From: Polyangiales bacterium
Lineage (GTDB): Bacteria > Myxococcota_A > Polyangia > Polyangiales > Polyangiaceae
DNA: 64,000 nt
NCBI GenBank assembly: GCA_038231275.1
Contig: JBBRLQ010000001.1
Span: 384,001-448,000 of the forward strand
Direction of reading: 5' to 3'
The translations under genes and the position numbers were made by a program. The notes below the pieces were generated by a model. It was not told where the DNA came from, searched no databases, and worked only from the letters and a program-made list of their open reading frames with translations. Shown piece by piece: positions 38,856 to 48,611 of this stretch (position 1 is its first letter; each line of letters starts with the position of its first letter).

Positions 38856-40587
38856 GGAGCCCTCCTGCCTGCGCGAGGCGGTGGGCGACGAGGTCGGCGA
38901 GGAGCGGATCGGCGGCGTGCACACCCCGGAAGCGATCCTTCGTGACGCGGCCGCAGCACACCCAGTGTCCGTGCTCCGCGGCGACGACCGCGGCCTCCAC
39001 GTCCGCACAGCCCGGGATGCCCCTGGCGTCGACGGCGCGCACCGTCACGTCCTTCGCGTCGCGGACCGCTTGGCGGACCGCCGACGCGACGCCCATCGCG
39101 GGGTGCACGGTGACGGTGATGGTCGCGCCGCCCCCGCGCCGCGCCTCGACGCACGCCTGCGCGACGAGCGACAAAAACGCATGCGTCGCGAGGTCGAGCG
39201 GGTACGGCGACGTGCCGCCGGAGTCGAGAATCGGCTTTTTGAGCAGCGTATCGACCACCTCGGCGAGACCGAGCTGCGCAAGCGAAAGTGAGTGCACTGC
39301 GCTGCGCGTCTGCGCGTTCGCGCGGTTCTTCGCGATGCGCACGAGCCTCTCCAGCGTGAGGCCGTCGTGGGGGTACGCCGCGGCGCCGATCGCGATGGGC
39401 GCGCCGCGTCGCGACGGAACGGGCCCGCGACGATCGGAGAGCGAGCCCGACGAGCGCTGCCGCCGATCTCCTTCGATGCGCGTCACGATACGCCGGCGAC
39501 ACGCATGCGCGCCGAGCCCGCCCGTCTCCGGCAAGAGCAGCAAGTACTCGTTCGGGACGTCGCTCGCGATCACGTCCGTATCGCGCACGACCTGCCGCAC
39601 GACCGCCTCGAGCTCGTCCTTCGTCACGCGATCGCTGCCGTCCAGCGAGATCGCGCAGATCGATACCCGACGCGAGTGGCGCTTCGCCTTGTCGATCTCG
39701 CGGGAGGCGATGTCGTGGAAATAGGCGCCGCTGTAGACGGAGCCGCGCTCGTCTTTGATCGACTGGCCACGCGGCCTACGGCTGTCCATCAGCGCGAGCA
39801 CGACGGTCGCGAGCTCGACCAAGGTGGCGTGGTCGGTCTCGACGTCGGAGGTGCCGCCCTCGATCGCGACGATGCCGATCGTACCGTTGGCCGTCTTCAG
39901 CGTGACCGGGCGCGCTTTGCGGAGCTCGAAGGTCTTCGCGAGCTCGTCGAGGCGCGCGAGGGCCGGCATGTCGCGCGCGGTGCCGGAGGTCGCGAGGCGC
40001 ACGCAGTCTCCCGACGGCGCCTCGAACGCGGCGTACAGGACGACGCCCTTCGCGTTGGTCGCCTGTGCGAACGCGTCGGTGATCACGCGCACCGCCTCCG
40101 ACTGGCCAGAGCCGCGCGCGAGCCGGATCAAGCGGTCGAGCAAGTCGCTGCGGCGGCGCATCCGCAAGAGCTCCGACTCGAGCTGATCGCGACGGCGCCC
40201 GTCGAGCTGACGCGCGCGGACCTCCCCGGCCGCCTGGGTGAGCGCGTCGCCGGTGAGCGGCGTCATCAACATCCCTGCGGCGCCGAGCGAGACGCCTTCG
40301 GTCGCGAGCTCCACCTTCTTCGGCGGCGAGACGACGTACACCGTGAGGCCTGGCGAGAGCGTCCGCAGGTGATGGACCAATGCCAGACCGGTGTCGCCGT
40401 CCAGCGCCACGTCGACGAACGCGACGTCGTACCGCTCGGCCTGCGCCGTCGCGAGCGCCTCCGCCACGCTCATCGCGCTCGTCGCACGATCGCCGTCGGC
40501 CACGAGCGCGCGCTGCGCGACGTCGAGGATCGCCGGATCGGCGGACGCGACGAGGACGTTGAGCCCGGACTCGGAGGCGCTGCTCAT
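38845..40587 (-). CDS. Response regulator with GAF-like, degenerate GGDEF-like and C-terminal DICT-like regions
   Basis: REC (YDVAFVDVAL); REIDKAKRHSR.VS, VRDTDVI...NEYLLLLPET, IGAAAYPHDG..LERLV (GGDEF fold lacking GG[D/E]EF). Confidence 0.7.
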   Translation of the reverse strand: MSSASESGLNVLVASADPAILDVAQRALVADGDRATSAMSVAEALATAQAERYDVAFVDVALDGDTGLALVHHLRTLSPGLTVYVVSPPKKVELATEGVSLGAAGMLMTPLTGDALTQAAGEVRARQLDGRRRDQLESELLRMRRRSDLLDRLIRLARGSGQSEAVRVITDAFAQATNAKGVVLYAAFEAPSGDCVRLATSGTARDMPALARLDELAKTFELRKARPVTLKTANGTIGIVAIEGGTSDVETDHATLVELATVVLALMDSRRPRGQSIKDERGSVYSGAYFHDIASREIDKAKRHSRRVSICAISLDGSDRVTKDELEAVVRQVVRDTDVIASDVPNEYLLLLPETGGLGAHACRRRIVTRIEGDRRQRSSGSLSDRRGPVPSRRGAPIAIGAAAYPHDGLTLERLVRIAKNRANAQTRSAVHSLSLAQLGLAEVVDTLLKKPILDSGGTSPYPLDLATHAFLSLVAQACVEARRGGGATITVTVHPAMGVASAVRQAVRDAKDVTVRAVDARGIPGCADVEAAVVAAEHGHWVCCGRVTKDRFRGVHAADPLLADLVAHRLAQAGGLRGS

Positions 40588-41387
40588 GCGGAGAGCTGTC
40601 CCGCGAAGACGTGGCGGGCCGGGCCGCGCATCGTGCATCGCCCATCCTTCGCGATCGTGATTTCCAGCGCGCCGCCCGGCAGGTTCACCGTCGTCGCGCG
40701 GTCGAACGGCAAGAGACCGCGCGCGCACGCGACCGCGACCGTCGCGCATGCGCCCGTTCCGCAGGCGAGCGTGATGCCGACGCCGCGTTCCCATACGACG
40801 AGATCGATCGAGCTGGCCGCGGCGTCGATGCGCGCGAGCTCGACGTTCGTCCCGCGCGGGAAGCTCGGGTGCCGTTCGATGGAGGGGCCGAGGGCCTCGG
40901 CGCGGGCGCGCGACGCGTCGCCCAGGACGATCGCGTGAGGATTCCCGGCGTCCGCGAGCCACACCTCGACGCGCTCGCCGGCGATCTCGAGCTCGCGCGA
41001 GCCCTCGGCGCGGACGATGCCCATGTCGACGGTGACCATCCCTCGCCCTTCGGCGTCGTCGATCTCGCACGCGCGCGGCCCGGCGTCGGTGTCGAAGCGC
41101 AGCTCTCCGGACGCCATACGACGCGCGCGCGCGACGTGAAGCGCGACGCAGCGGAGGCCGTTGCCACACATCTCCGGGACGGAGCCGTCGGCGTTCATCA
41201 CCTTCATCCGCGCGACGCACGACCGGTCGCGCGGAGGCAAGATGAGGAGGATCCCGTCGGCGCCGATGCCCCTTCGTCGATCGCACAGCTCGCGGGCGCG
41301 CGCCTCGCCGAGCTCGCGCTCGTCGGCGGCCCCGAGCACGACGAAGTCGTTGCCGAGCCCCTCGTATTTTGCGAACGGGCGGCCCAT
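40584..41387 (-). CDS. dapF: Diaminopimelate epimerase
   Basis: [52 protein letters not shown]. Confidence 0.96.
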   Translation of the reverse strand: MGRPFAKYEGLGNDFVVLGAADERELGEARARELCDRRRGIGADGILLILPPRDRSCVARMKVMNADGSVPEMCGNGLRCVALHVARARRMASGELRFDTDAGPRACEIDDAEGRGMVTVDMGIVRAEGSRELEIAGERVEVWLADAGNPHAIVLGDASRARAEALGPSIERHPSFPRGTNVELARIDAAASSIDLVVWERGVGITLACGTGACATVAVACARGLLPFDRATTVNLPGGALEITIAKDGRCTMRGPARHVFAGQLSA

Positions 41388-41496
41388 GATCCCCACGAAC
41401 GCTAGCAAAGGAGGCGGGCCCAGACCTCGTTTTCGTCGATGCTCGTCACATCCACGAGCTTGGTCCGCCCGGTCCGTTCCCGTGTACGCTCGTAGC

Positions 41497-42663
41497 ATGT
41501 CGCGCCTACGGTGGCTCACATCGGGCGAGTCGCATGGACCGCGCCTGACCGCGATCGTCGAGGGCATCCCCTCCGGGCTCCCGCTCCGCGTCGAGGACGT
41601 GAACGGCGAGCTCGCGCGACGGCAGCGCGGCTACGGGCGCGGCGGGCGCATGAAGATCGAGACCGACACGGTGGTCTTCGCGGGCGGTGTTCGCGGCGGC
41701 GAGACACTCGGTTCGCCGATCGCCATGTCGATCGAGAACCGCGATCACCAGAACTGGCTCGACCGCATGAGCGCCGCGCCGATGGCCGCCACGCCTGAGC
41801 CGCTCACCCGACCTCGGCCCGGACACGCCGACCTCGCGGGAGGCCTCAAATACGATCGCCACGATCTGCGCGACGTCCTCGAGCGTGCGAGCGCGCGCGA
41901 AACGGCGGCGCGGACGGCGGTGGGCAGCGTGTGTCGCCGATTGCTCGCGGAGGTCGGCGTGGAGATCTTCGCGCACGTCGTCGCGATCGGCGGCGTGCCT
42001 GCGGATACGCGCGGCTTGTCGCTCGACGAGCTGCGGACACGGGCGCGCGCCAGCGATCTCTCGTGCGCCGACGCGGCGGCGGAGGCGAAGATGAAGGAGG
42101 CGATCCACGCGGCCTCCCACGCAGGCGACACGCTCGGCGGCGTCTTCGAGGTCGTGGCGACCGGCGCGCCCGCCGGACTCGGGAGCCACGTGCACTGGGA
42201 TCGCAAGCTCGACGGCCGCCTCGCCCAAGCGCTCGTCAGCATCCACGCGATCAAGGCCGCCGAAATCGGCGACGGCTGGCTCGCTGCCAGCCTGCGCGGC
42301 TCCGAGGTCCACGATCCCATCCACTACGACGAAGGCGCGCGCGCCTTCACGCGTCCGACGAACCACGCGGGCGGCCTCGAGGGCGGCATCACGAACGGCC
42401 AGCCGATCGTGTGCCGCGCCGCGATGAAGCCGATCGCGACACTCCGCAAAGCGCTACCCAGCGTCGACGTCGGCACGAAGGAGTCGTTCGACGCCGCGCA
42501 CGAGCGGAGCGACATCTGCGCGGTCGCGGCGGCGTCGGTCGTCGGCGAGGCCATGGTCGCGATCACGCTCGCCGACGCGCTGCTGGAGAAATTCGGCGGC
42601 GATTCGCTGGGCGAGCTGACGCGCAACGTCGCAGCCTACCGCGAGCAGCTGCGCGGCTACTGA
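41497..42663 (+). CDS. aroC: Chorismate synthase
   Basis: [48 protein letters not shown]. Confidence 0.97.
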   Translation: MSRLRWLTSGESHGPRLTAIVEGIPSGLPLRVEDVNGELARRQRGYGRGGRMKIETDTVVFAGGVRGGETLGSPIAMSIENRDHQNWLDRMSAAPMAATPEPLTRPRPGHADLAGGLKYDRHDLRDVLERASARETAARTAVGSVCRRLLAEVGVEIFAHVVAIGGVPADTRGLSLDELRTRARASDLSCADAAAEAKMKEAIHAASHAGDTLGGVFEVVATGAPAGLGSHVHWDRKLDGRLAQALVSIHAIKAAEIGDGWLAASLRGSEVHDPIHYDEGARAFTRPTNHAGGLEGGITNGQPIVCRAAMKPIATLRKALPSVDVGTKESFDAAHERSDICAVAAASVVGEAMVAITLADALLEKFGGDSLGELTRNVAAYREQLRGY

Positions 42664-42687
42664 GGTTCCGTTCCGGCGAGGTCCAAC

Positions 42688-44265
42688 ATGCGCTCCCTCT
42701 TCATCAGCGGATTCATGGCGACCGGCAAATCCACGGTCGGTCCGCGCGTCGCGGGGCACCTCCAGCTGCCCTTCGTGGACACCGACGACGTCCTCGCGCA
42801 CGAGGCAGGCTGCTCGATCGCCGAGCTCTGGACGCGCCAGGGCGAGGCAGAGTTTCGGCGGCGCGAAGTGGCCCTCGTGGAGCGCCTCCTCGGCGACGGC
42901 GTTGCGCGTGTGATCGCGCTCGGGGGCGGGACGGTCACGAACAGGCGGGCGCGTCACCTCGCGATCGAGCGCGGCGTCCTCGTCACGTTGACCGCATCAC
43001 CGGAAACCATCGCGGCGCGGATCCCCGACGTCGCCACGCGCCCCAACCTCGCCATCGGCGATCCCATCGCGCGCGCGATGGAGCTCCTCGCGGTGCGGGC
43101 CGAGGCCTACGCCGAGTGCCACGTCTCCCTCTCCACCGACGCCCTCGACGCCGACGAGGTCGCCGACGCGATCGTCGCCGCGCACGCGCGCGATCCGCTC
43201 TGTGTCCCGCTCGGTGCGCGGACGTACGCGATCGACGTCGTCGACGGCGTCCCCTCGCGCCTCACCGACGCGATCGCGTGCGCAGCCCCGTCGTCGGTCC
43301 TCGTCGTCAGCGACGCGCCGGTTCAGCGCGCGCGCGGCGAGGCGCTCGAGAAGGCGCTCGGCCCGCTGGCGATTCAGGGCGTCCGGATCACGTTGCCGAC
43401 CGGTGAGCGGCACAAGACGCTCGCGAGCGTCTCCACGATCTGGGACGCGGCGCTCGGCGCGGGGATCGATCGCGACGCACTCGTGCTCGCGTTCGGCGGA
43501 GGCGTCGTCGGAGACCTCGCGGGCTTCGCCGCGTCGGCGCTGCTGCGAGGAATCCGCGTCATCCAAGTACCGACGACCCTCCTCGCGATGGTCGACTCGT
43601 CCGTCGGCGGCAAAACGGGGTTCGATCATCCGACGGGCAAAAACCTCCTCGGCGCGTTCCATCAGCCCAGCGCGGTCGTTGTCGATTTGTCGCACCTTTC
43701 CACACTTCCCGCTCGTGAGCTTCGCGCAGGGCTCGCCGAGGTCGTCAAGATCGCCTTCGCGGTCGACGCGCCGCTGCTCTCGACGCTGGAGGAGAACGCG
43801 GAGGCGCTGTCCGCCGGCAAGACGGACGCGCTCCTCCCGGTGGTGCGCCGCGCGATCGACGCAAAGATCCGGATCGTCCGCGATGACGAACGCGAGACCG
43901 GCGCGCGCGCGCTCCTCAACCTCGGCCACACGCTGGGCCATGCGCTCGAAGCCCACGGCGCCTTTACGAAGTACTTGCACGGGGAAGCGGTGGCGATGGG
44001 AACGGTCGCCGAGCTGCGCGCCGCTGCGGCGATGGGCCTCGCCGACGCCGCGCTCGCGACGCGCGCCGCCGATCTCTTTCGGCGGATGGGGCTGCCGACC
44101 GAGGTCTCCAGGGCGGAGCTCGTCGCGTCGTGGTCGTTCGTCGGGAAGGACAAGAAGCGCGCGGGGACGTCGCTGCGCCTTCCGATCGTGACCGCCGCCG
44201 GGCAATCTGCCATCCAATCGGTCCCGCTGCGGCGGTTGGAGCAGGCTGTGCGCGGCGAAGGATGA
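42688..44265 (+). CDS. aroB: Bifunctional shikimate kinase / 3-dehydroquinate synthase (AroK-AroB fusion)
   Basis: N-terminal GFMATGKST, FVDTD, GEAEFR, ALGGG; C-terminal GGGVVGDLAGF, PTTLLAMVDSSVGGK, LNLGHTLGHA, HGEAV. Confidence 0.95.
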   Translation: MRSLFISGFMATGKSTVGPRVAGHLQLPFVDTDDVLAHEAGCSIAELWTRQGEAEFRRREVALVERLLGDGVARVIALGGGTVTNRRARHLAIERGVLVTLTASPETIAARIPDVATRPNLAIGDPIARAMELLAVRAEAYAECHVSLSTDALDADEVADAIVAAHARDPLCVPLGARTYAIDVVDGVPSRLTDAIACAAPSSVLVVSDAPVQRARGEALEKALGPLAIQGVRITLPTGERHKTLASVSTIWDAALGAGIDRDALVLAFGGGVVGDLAGFAASALLRGIRVIQVPTTLLAMVDSSVGGKTGFDHPTGKNLLGAFHQPSAVVVDLSHLSTLPARELRAGLAEVVKIAFAVDAPLLSTLEENAEALSAGKTDALLPVVRRAIDAKIRIVRDDERETGARALLNLGHTLGHALEAHGAFTKYLHGEAVAMGTVAELRAAAAMGLADAALATRAADLFRRMGLPTEVSRAELVASWSFVGKDKKRAGTSLRLPIVTAAGQSAIQSVPLRRLEQAVRGEG

Positions 44266-44348
44266 TCCGAGTTTTTGGCGCTTCGGCGTTGCGTTCGGTA
44301 GGCTTCAATCTCGATCGGGGATCGCTCTCGACGAGGAGGACTCCTTCC

Positions 44349-45140
44349 ATGAACCGCTTGTGGGCGCACATCTGGGCGGCCTCGTTTTCCACCTGCCTCG
44401 GCGGCATCTTCTTGCCCGCCTGTGCGCATGACGACGCCACGCTCTACATCGCGCAGGTGGTCTTCCCGCCGTCGCCGACGAATCAGCTTGGCTGCCTCTA
44501 CCAGACGCCGAACACGACGACGCCCGGCGAATTTAGCGGCGCCTTCGACGTCGGCCTGTCGAGCGCGTACTCGCCGGTCGTCCTCGTCGGCAACCAGCTG
44601 GTGTCGCGCGGGGACGTCGCGCAAGTCCGCGTCGAGACGAACCGCGTGCAGCTGCGCGGCGCGGTCGTTCGCGTGACCGATTCGCAGGGGAACCAGATCT
44701 CGACGTTCACGAGCCTCACCGAAGGCGTCGTGGATCCGTCGACCGGCACGACACCCGGTGTCACGCAGGCGGCGCTGACGGTCGTGGACCCGGCGACGGC
44801 CGACATCCTTCGAAAGCAGCTCCCGAATCGCTCCGCGAGGAAGACGATCCTCACGTTCTTCAAGGTGTTCGGGCAGACGCTCGGCGGGACGTACGTGGAG
44901 TCGGGCGAGTACCAGCACGTCGTCAACGTGTGCTCAGGCTGTCTCGTCGTGTTCCCGTCGGAGGCGATCGACCCGGCGCAGAAGACCCCCGACAAGCCGG
45001 TCAACTGCGAGCTCGGGTTTCCGGTCGGCACGCAGATCTCGGCCACGACGATCGCGCTGCCCTGCGTGATGGGCCAAGACCAACCCATCGACTGCCGCCT
45101 GTGCCACGGAATTCCCGCCTGCGATCCGCGCAATCTCTGA
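44349..45140 (+). CDS. Hypothetical lipoprotein
   Basis: GAGGAG upstream; lipobox LPAC; Cys-rich C-terminus (VC.GCL...C..GQD...DC..C). Confidence 0.75.
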   Translation: MNRLWAHIWAASFSTCLGGIFLPACAHDDATLYIAQVVFPPSPTNQLGCLYQTPNTTTPGEFSGAFDVGLSSAYSPVVLVGNQLVSRGDVAQVRVETNRVQLRGAVVRVTDSQGNQISTFTSLTEGVVDPSTGTTPGVTQAALTVVDPATADILRKQLPNRSARKTILTFFKVFGQTLGGTYVESGEYQHVVNVCSGCLVVFPSEAIDPAQKTPDKPVNCELGFPVGTQISATTIALPCVMGQDQPIDCRLCHGIPACDPRNL

Positions 45141-45679
45141 TCGCGGCCGCGGTCCTGACCTGCGCGACGGCGGGGACCTCGCGTACGGCGGCCGCGCCAC
45201 AAGCCAACTTCGGGCTGACCGTCGGCGGCGCTGCGACCGATTTGCGAACGAACGGGCCGCGCGCCGCGTTTCATCTCGGCGGTCGCGCGGACGTCCTCTT
45301 TTTTCGATCTCGAAACCGTGAGGCGGGGTTCGGCCCGTACGTCGATGTCGCCACCGCGGCGTTCGACACGCTCGAGGCCGGCGGCGGCGTCGAGGGACTC
45401 CTCCCGATCACCGAGGCGATCCCCCTCGTCCTCTCGACCGGCCTCTTCGAGCGTCGCGCCCCTTCGTTTGGGTGGCAGCCCGGCGCCGAGGCGACTGTGT
45501 TTGCGGGGACGCGAAGCCACAATTTCACGTCGTGGTACGGCCTCGCGGCGGGCCTCTTCGTGCAGGGACGCTACGGCTTCGGCGACGCGAAGCAGGCGGA
45601 CCTCATCGCCGGCGCGCAAATCGATCTCTCTCTCTTCGCGTACCCGTTCGTCCTCGCGTACGAGGCGCTACGGCGCTAA
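45101..45679 (+). CDS. Hypothetical exported protein, probable small outer-membrane beta-barrel
   Basis: Signal-like N-terminus from GTG 45101; about eight amphipathic strands with Gly/aromatic pattern. Start uncertain. Confidence 0.6.
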   Translation: MPRNSRLRSAQSLIAAAVLTCATAGTSRTAAAPQANFGLTVGGAATDLRTNGPRAAFHLGGRADVLFFRSRNREAGFGPYVDVATAAFDTLEAGGGVEGLLPITEAIPLVLSTGLFERRAPSFGWQPGAEATVFAGTRSHNFTSWYGLAAGLFVQGRYGFGDAKQADLIAGAQIDLSLFAYPFVLAYEALRR

Positions 45680-45692
45680 GCTCGGGCCCCGC

Positions 45693-46031
45693 ATGGATCG
45701 CCGAACGGTCGCCTTGCAGATCGCCGGACAGAGCTACAAGGTCGTCAGCACCGCGGCGGAGGGGGACCTGCATCGCCTCGCCGCGACGGTGACCGCCAAG
45801 CTCGCAGAGGTCGCTCCGCGCAATCGGCCGGCGCCGCCGCAGGCGATTCTCCTCGCCGCGATGGCGCTCGCCCACGAGCTCGAAGAGGAGCGTGCGAAAA
45901 GAGAGGCCTTCGAGCGACGGACGCGCGATCTCCTTCGGCGTGTCCTCGTGCGGATCGACGACGCGGTCGAGGGTGGCGACGAGGACGAGGCCGAGGACGA
46001 GGCCGACGTCGACGCAGCTCGCCTGACCTGA
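45693..46031 (+). CDS. zapA: Cell division protein ZapA
   Basis: V.LQIAGQSYKV...L..LA..V......AILLAAMALAHEL followed by a coiled coil. Confidence 0.85.
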   Translation: MDRRTVALQIAGQSYKVVSTAAEGDLHRLAATVTAKLAEVAPRNRPAPPQAILLAAMALAHELEEERAKREAFERRTRDLLRRVLVRIDDAVEGGDEDEAEDEADVDAARLT

Positions 46032-46035
46032 ACGA

Positions 46036-46051
46036 GGTTTCACGTGAAACA
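46036..46051. promoter_or_regulatory. parS site (ParB loading site)
   Basis: GGTTTCACGTGAAACA, 15/16 match to the canonical TGTTTCACGTGAAACA. Confidence 0.9.
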
Positions 46052-47168
46052 TTGTCCAGGGGTCCCCCCTCCGGCGCTTGCGTTCTTGCGGGAAGAGCTC
46101 GGCCACCTCGAAGCGGACGGGCTACTCCGCGTACCGACGCCGGTGCAGGGCCTCTGGCGGTCGTTCTCCTCGAACGATTACCTCGGCCTCGCGCGCCGCC
46201 GAGGGGAAGGCGTTCCGGCCTACGGAGCGGGCGCATCCCGGCTTGTCTCAGGCAACACCGCCGAGCACGAGGCGCTGGAGTCGGAGATCGCGAGCTGGCT
46301 CGAGGTCGACGCGGCGCTCGTGTTTACCAGCGGCTACGCGGCAAACGTGGGCCTCCTGTCCGCCGTGGCTCGACCTGGCGATTTGGTCGTGAGCGATGCG
46401 CTGAATCACGCCTCCATCATCGACGGTGCGCGGCTCTCGCGCGCTCGCGTTGAGATCGTCCCGCACCTGGACCTCGCGGCGACCGAGGACGCGCTTCGGC
46501 GCCGGAGCGAGGCCCGCGCCTGGGTCGTGACCGAGTCCTACTTCAGCATGGACGCGGACTCTCCCGATCTGCCTGCGCTCCGTCGACTCTGCGACGAGCG
46601 GAGCGCCGGATTGCTCCTCGACGAGGCCCACGCGCTCGGCGCGTTTGGGCCGCGGGGACGTGGGCTTGCGGCGCGTGCCGGGGTTCGGCCGGACGCGACG
46701 ATCGGGACGTTCGGCAAGGCGCTGGGCGGAGGCGGCGCGTTCGTCGCGGGGTGCGCGGATCTTCGGCTTTGGCTCTGGAACCGGGCCCGTTCCTTCGTCT
46801 TCTCGACGGGACTCAGCCCTGCCACGGCCGCTTCCAACCTCGAGGCGCTCCGCCTGGTCGAGGCCGGAGATGCGACTCGGGAGGCCCTCGCGTCGCGCGC
46901 GTCGCAGCTGCGGACCGGCTTGCGAGCGTTGGGAGTCGAGCCATTGGGGTTCGGCCACATCGTACCGTGGGTCATCCGTGACCCCGGCCGCGCCGTGAAA
47001 CTCGCGGCCGTGCTTCGCGAGAGCGGCGTGGTCGCCCAGGCCATCCGTCCACCGTCGGTTCCCGCGGGCACGGCTCGCCTGCGTTTGACGGTCTCCGCGA
47101 ACCACACCGCCGACGACGTGGACCGACTGCTCGCCGCCATCCAGGAGGCCCTCCGGTGCGCGCGCTGA
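46044..47168 (+). CDS. bioF: 8-amino-7-oxononanoate synthase
   Basis: FSSNDYLGL, GAGASRLVSG, SGYAAN, DALNHASIIDG, DEAH, TFGKALG, IRPPSVP.GTARLR; adjacent to bioD. Confidence 0.92.
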   Translation: MKHCPGVPPPALAFLREELGHLEADGLLRVPTPVQGLWRSFSSNDYLGLARRRGEGVPAYGAGASRLVSGNTAEHEALESEIASWLEVDAALVFTSGYAANVGLLSAVARPGDLVVSDALNHASIIDGARLSRARVEIVPHLDLAATEDALRRRSEARAWVVTESYFSMDADSPDLPALRRLCDERSAGLLLDEAHALGAFGPRGRGLAARAGVRPDATIGTFGKALGGGGAFVAGCADLRLWLWNRARSFVFSTGLSPATAASNLEALRLVEAGDATREALASRASQLRTGLRALGVEPLGFGHIVPWVIRDPGRAVKLAAVLRESGVVAQAIRPPSVPAGTARLRLTVSANHTADDVDRLLAAIQEALRCAR

Positions 47169-47830
47169 TCGTCGTCAGTGGGACGGGGACGGAGATCGGA
47201 AAGACCCATACGACGTGCGCGCTCCTCCACGCCGCAGGCCCCGGTGCGCTCGCAGTAAAGCCGATCGAGAGCGGGGTGACGGGTGACGAGGGGGCCGACG
47301 GCCAAGCCTTGCGGGCTGCGTCGAGAGGAACGTTTCACGTGAAACGTCCCCCGCCGTACCTGCTGCGCCGCGCCGTCTCTCCGCACCTCGCGGCGCGTGA
47401 GGAGGGCCGCACCATCTCGCCGGATCTCGTGGTGCGGTACGTCGCCGAATGCGCGGCCGACACGGACGTGCTCTTCGTCGAGCTGGCGGGGGGGCTCTTC
47501 TCGCCCCTCGGGCAGGACCTTAGCAACGCCGACCTCGTTCGCCTCCTTCGCCCGTCTGCCTTCGTGCTGGTGGCACCGGACCGCCTCGGGGTCCTTCACG
47601 ACGTGGCGGCGACGCGTCGCGCGTTCGAGGCCATTGGCGCAGGTGCCATCTCGGCCGTCGCCCTCGTCGCTCCCGCCATCCCCGATGCCTCCACAGGAAC
47701 GAACGCGGACGAGCTTGCCTGGATGGGCGCACCACCCGTTTTCTCAATCGGGCGCGGAGCTCCCGAAGAGCTTGGCGCGACCGAGGCCGTGCGGCGCCTC
47801 TATGCGGCGCTGCTTCCTCGCGTCACCTGA
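47156..47830 (+). CDS. bioD: Dethiobiotin synthetase
   Basis: VSGTGTEIGKT, KPIESG, SPHLAA, VELAGG..SP, RLG.L. Confidence 0.92.
   Translation: MRALIVVSGTGTEIGKTHTTCALLHAAGPGALAVKPIESGVTGDEGADGQALRAASRGTFHVKRPPPYLLRRAVSPHLAAREEGRTISPDLVVRYVAECAADTDVLFVELAGGLFSPLGQDLSNADLVRLLRPSAFVLVAPDRLGVLHDVAATRRAFEAIGAGAISAVALVAPAIPDASTGTNADELAWMGAPPVFSIGRGAPEELGATEAVRRLYAALLPRVT
47331..47346. promoter_or_regulatory. parS site inside bioD
   Basis: CGTTTCACGTGAAACG, part of the perfect 18-bp palindrome 47330-47347; encodes TFHVKR. Confidence 0.88.
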
Positions 47831-48471
47831 GCAATTCGGCCGCGGTCCATCTCGACGCGATCTCCGCCCAGAACTTCCGCAAAGGCAGGGTCGTGCGTCA
47901 CCACAATCACAACCTTATCCATTTGAAGTTCATGCAGAATAACCAATTTCAACCGATCGGTCGACTCTGCATCCAGGCCCGTCGTCGGTTCGTCGAGCAG
48001 GAGGAGCCTAGGGGAGTGCACGAGTGCGCGAGCGAGCGAGATGCGTTGGCGTTGGCCGCGGGAGTACGTCCGGACCGGCCGCTCCGCGAACGCGTCCAGG
48101 CCGAAGCGATCCCGCGCCTGCGCGAATGCCTCCGACGGCTCGAGGCCGTGCAGCCGCGCGACGAGCTCGATGTTCTCGCGACCCGTCAGGTCCGGGTAGC
48201 AGAGGGACTCGTGACCGACCCATCCGAGGGTCCGCCTTACCGCCGCGCGATCCCGGCCGAGCGCGCCGTGACGGACGAGCCCCGAGGTCGGGCGCGCGAG
48301 GGTGCCGACGATCGCGAGGAGGGTGGACTTGCCGGACCCGTTCGGTCCGAAGACGATCGACGCGCGCCCCGGCGCGAAGCGAACACTCACGCCGACGAGA
48401 GCGCGCACGGCGCCGAACGTCTTGGTGACGTTGTCGAGCTCCACGTCGGCGTCGCTTCCGCCTTTCGTCAC
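47800..48471 (-). CDS. ABC transporter ATP-binding protein (CcmA-like)
   Basis: GPNGSGKST, GHES..Y..LT..EN, YSRGQRQR, LLLLDEP, VTHD. Start uncertain. Confidence 0.88.
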   Translation of the reverse strand: MTKGGSDADVELDNVTKTFGAVRALVGVSVRFAPGRASIVFGPNGSGKSTLLAIVGTLARPTSGLVRHGALGRDRAAVRRTLGWVGHESLCYPDLTGRENIELVARLHGLEPSEAFAQARDRFGLDAFAERPVRTYSRGQRQRISLARALVHSPRLLLLDEPTTGLDAESTDRLKLVILHELQMDKVVIVVTHDPAFAEVLGGDRVEMDRGRIAQVTRGSSAA

Positions 48472-48611
48472 GCGACCACGCTGCCCGCTTCCCGGCGGCA
48501 TCGCAAGCGAGGATTCCGCGCACAAGGTGACGCCGTGGCCCACACACCGGCGCCGAAACGAGGCAAGAACGCTTGCCCGCGTAGGATTGCGCCCATGCTA
48601 CTCTCAAAACC

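Noticed and set aside
46032-46043. 6S RNA (ssrS) expected downstream of zapA
   Set aside because: Only about 12 nt separate zapA from the likely bioF start, leaving no room for it.
47895-47955. AT-rich patch as a dif site or oriC
   Set aside because: No XerC/XerD arm match, no cluster of good DnaA boxes, and it lies within an intact CDS; kept only as an unexplained anomaly.
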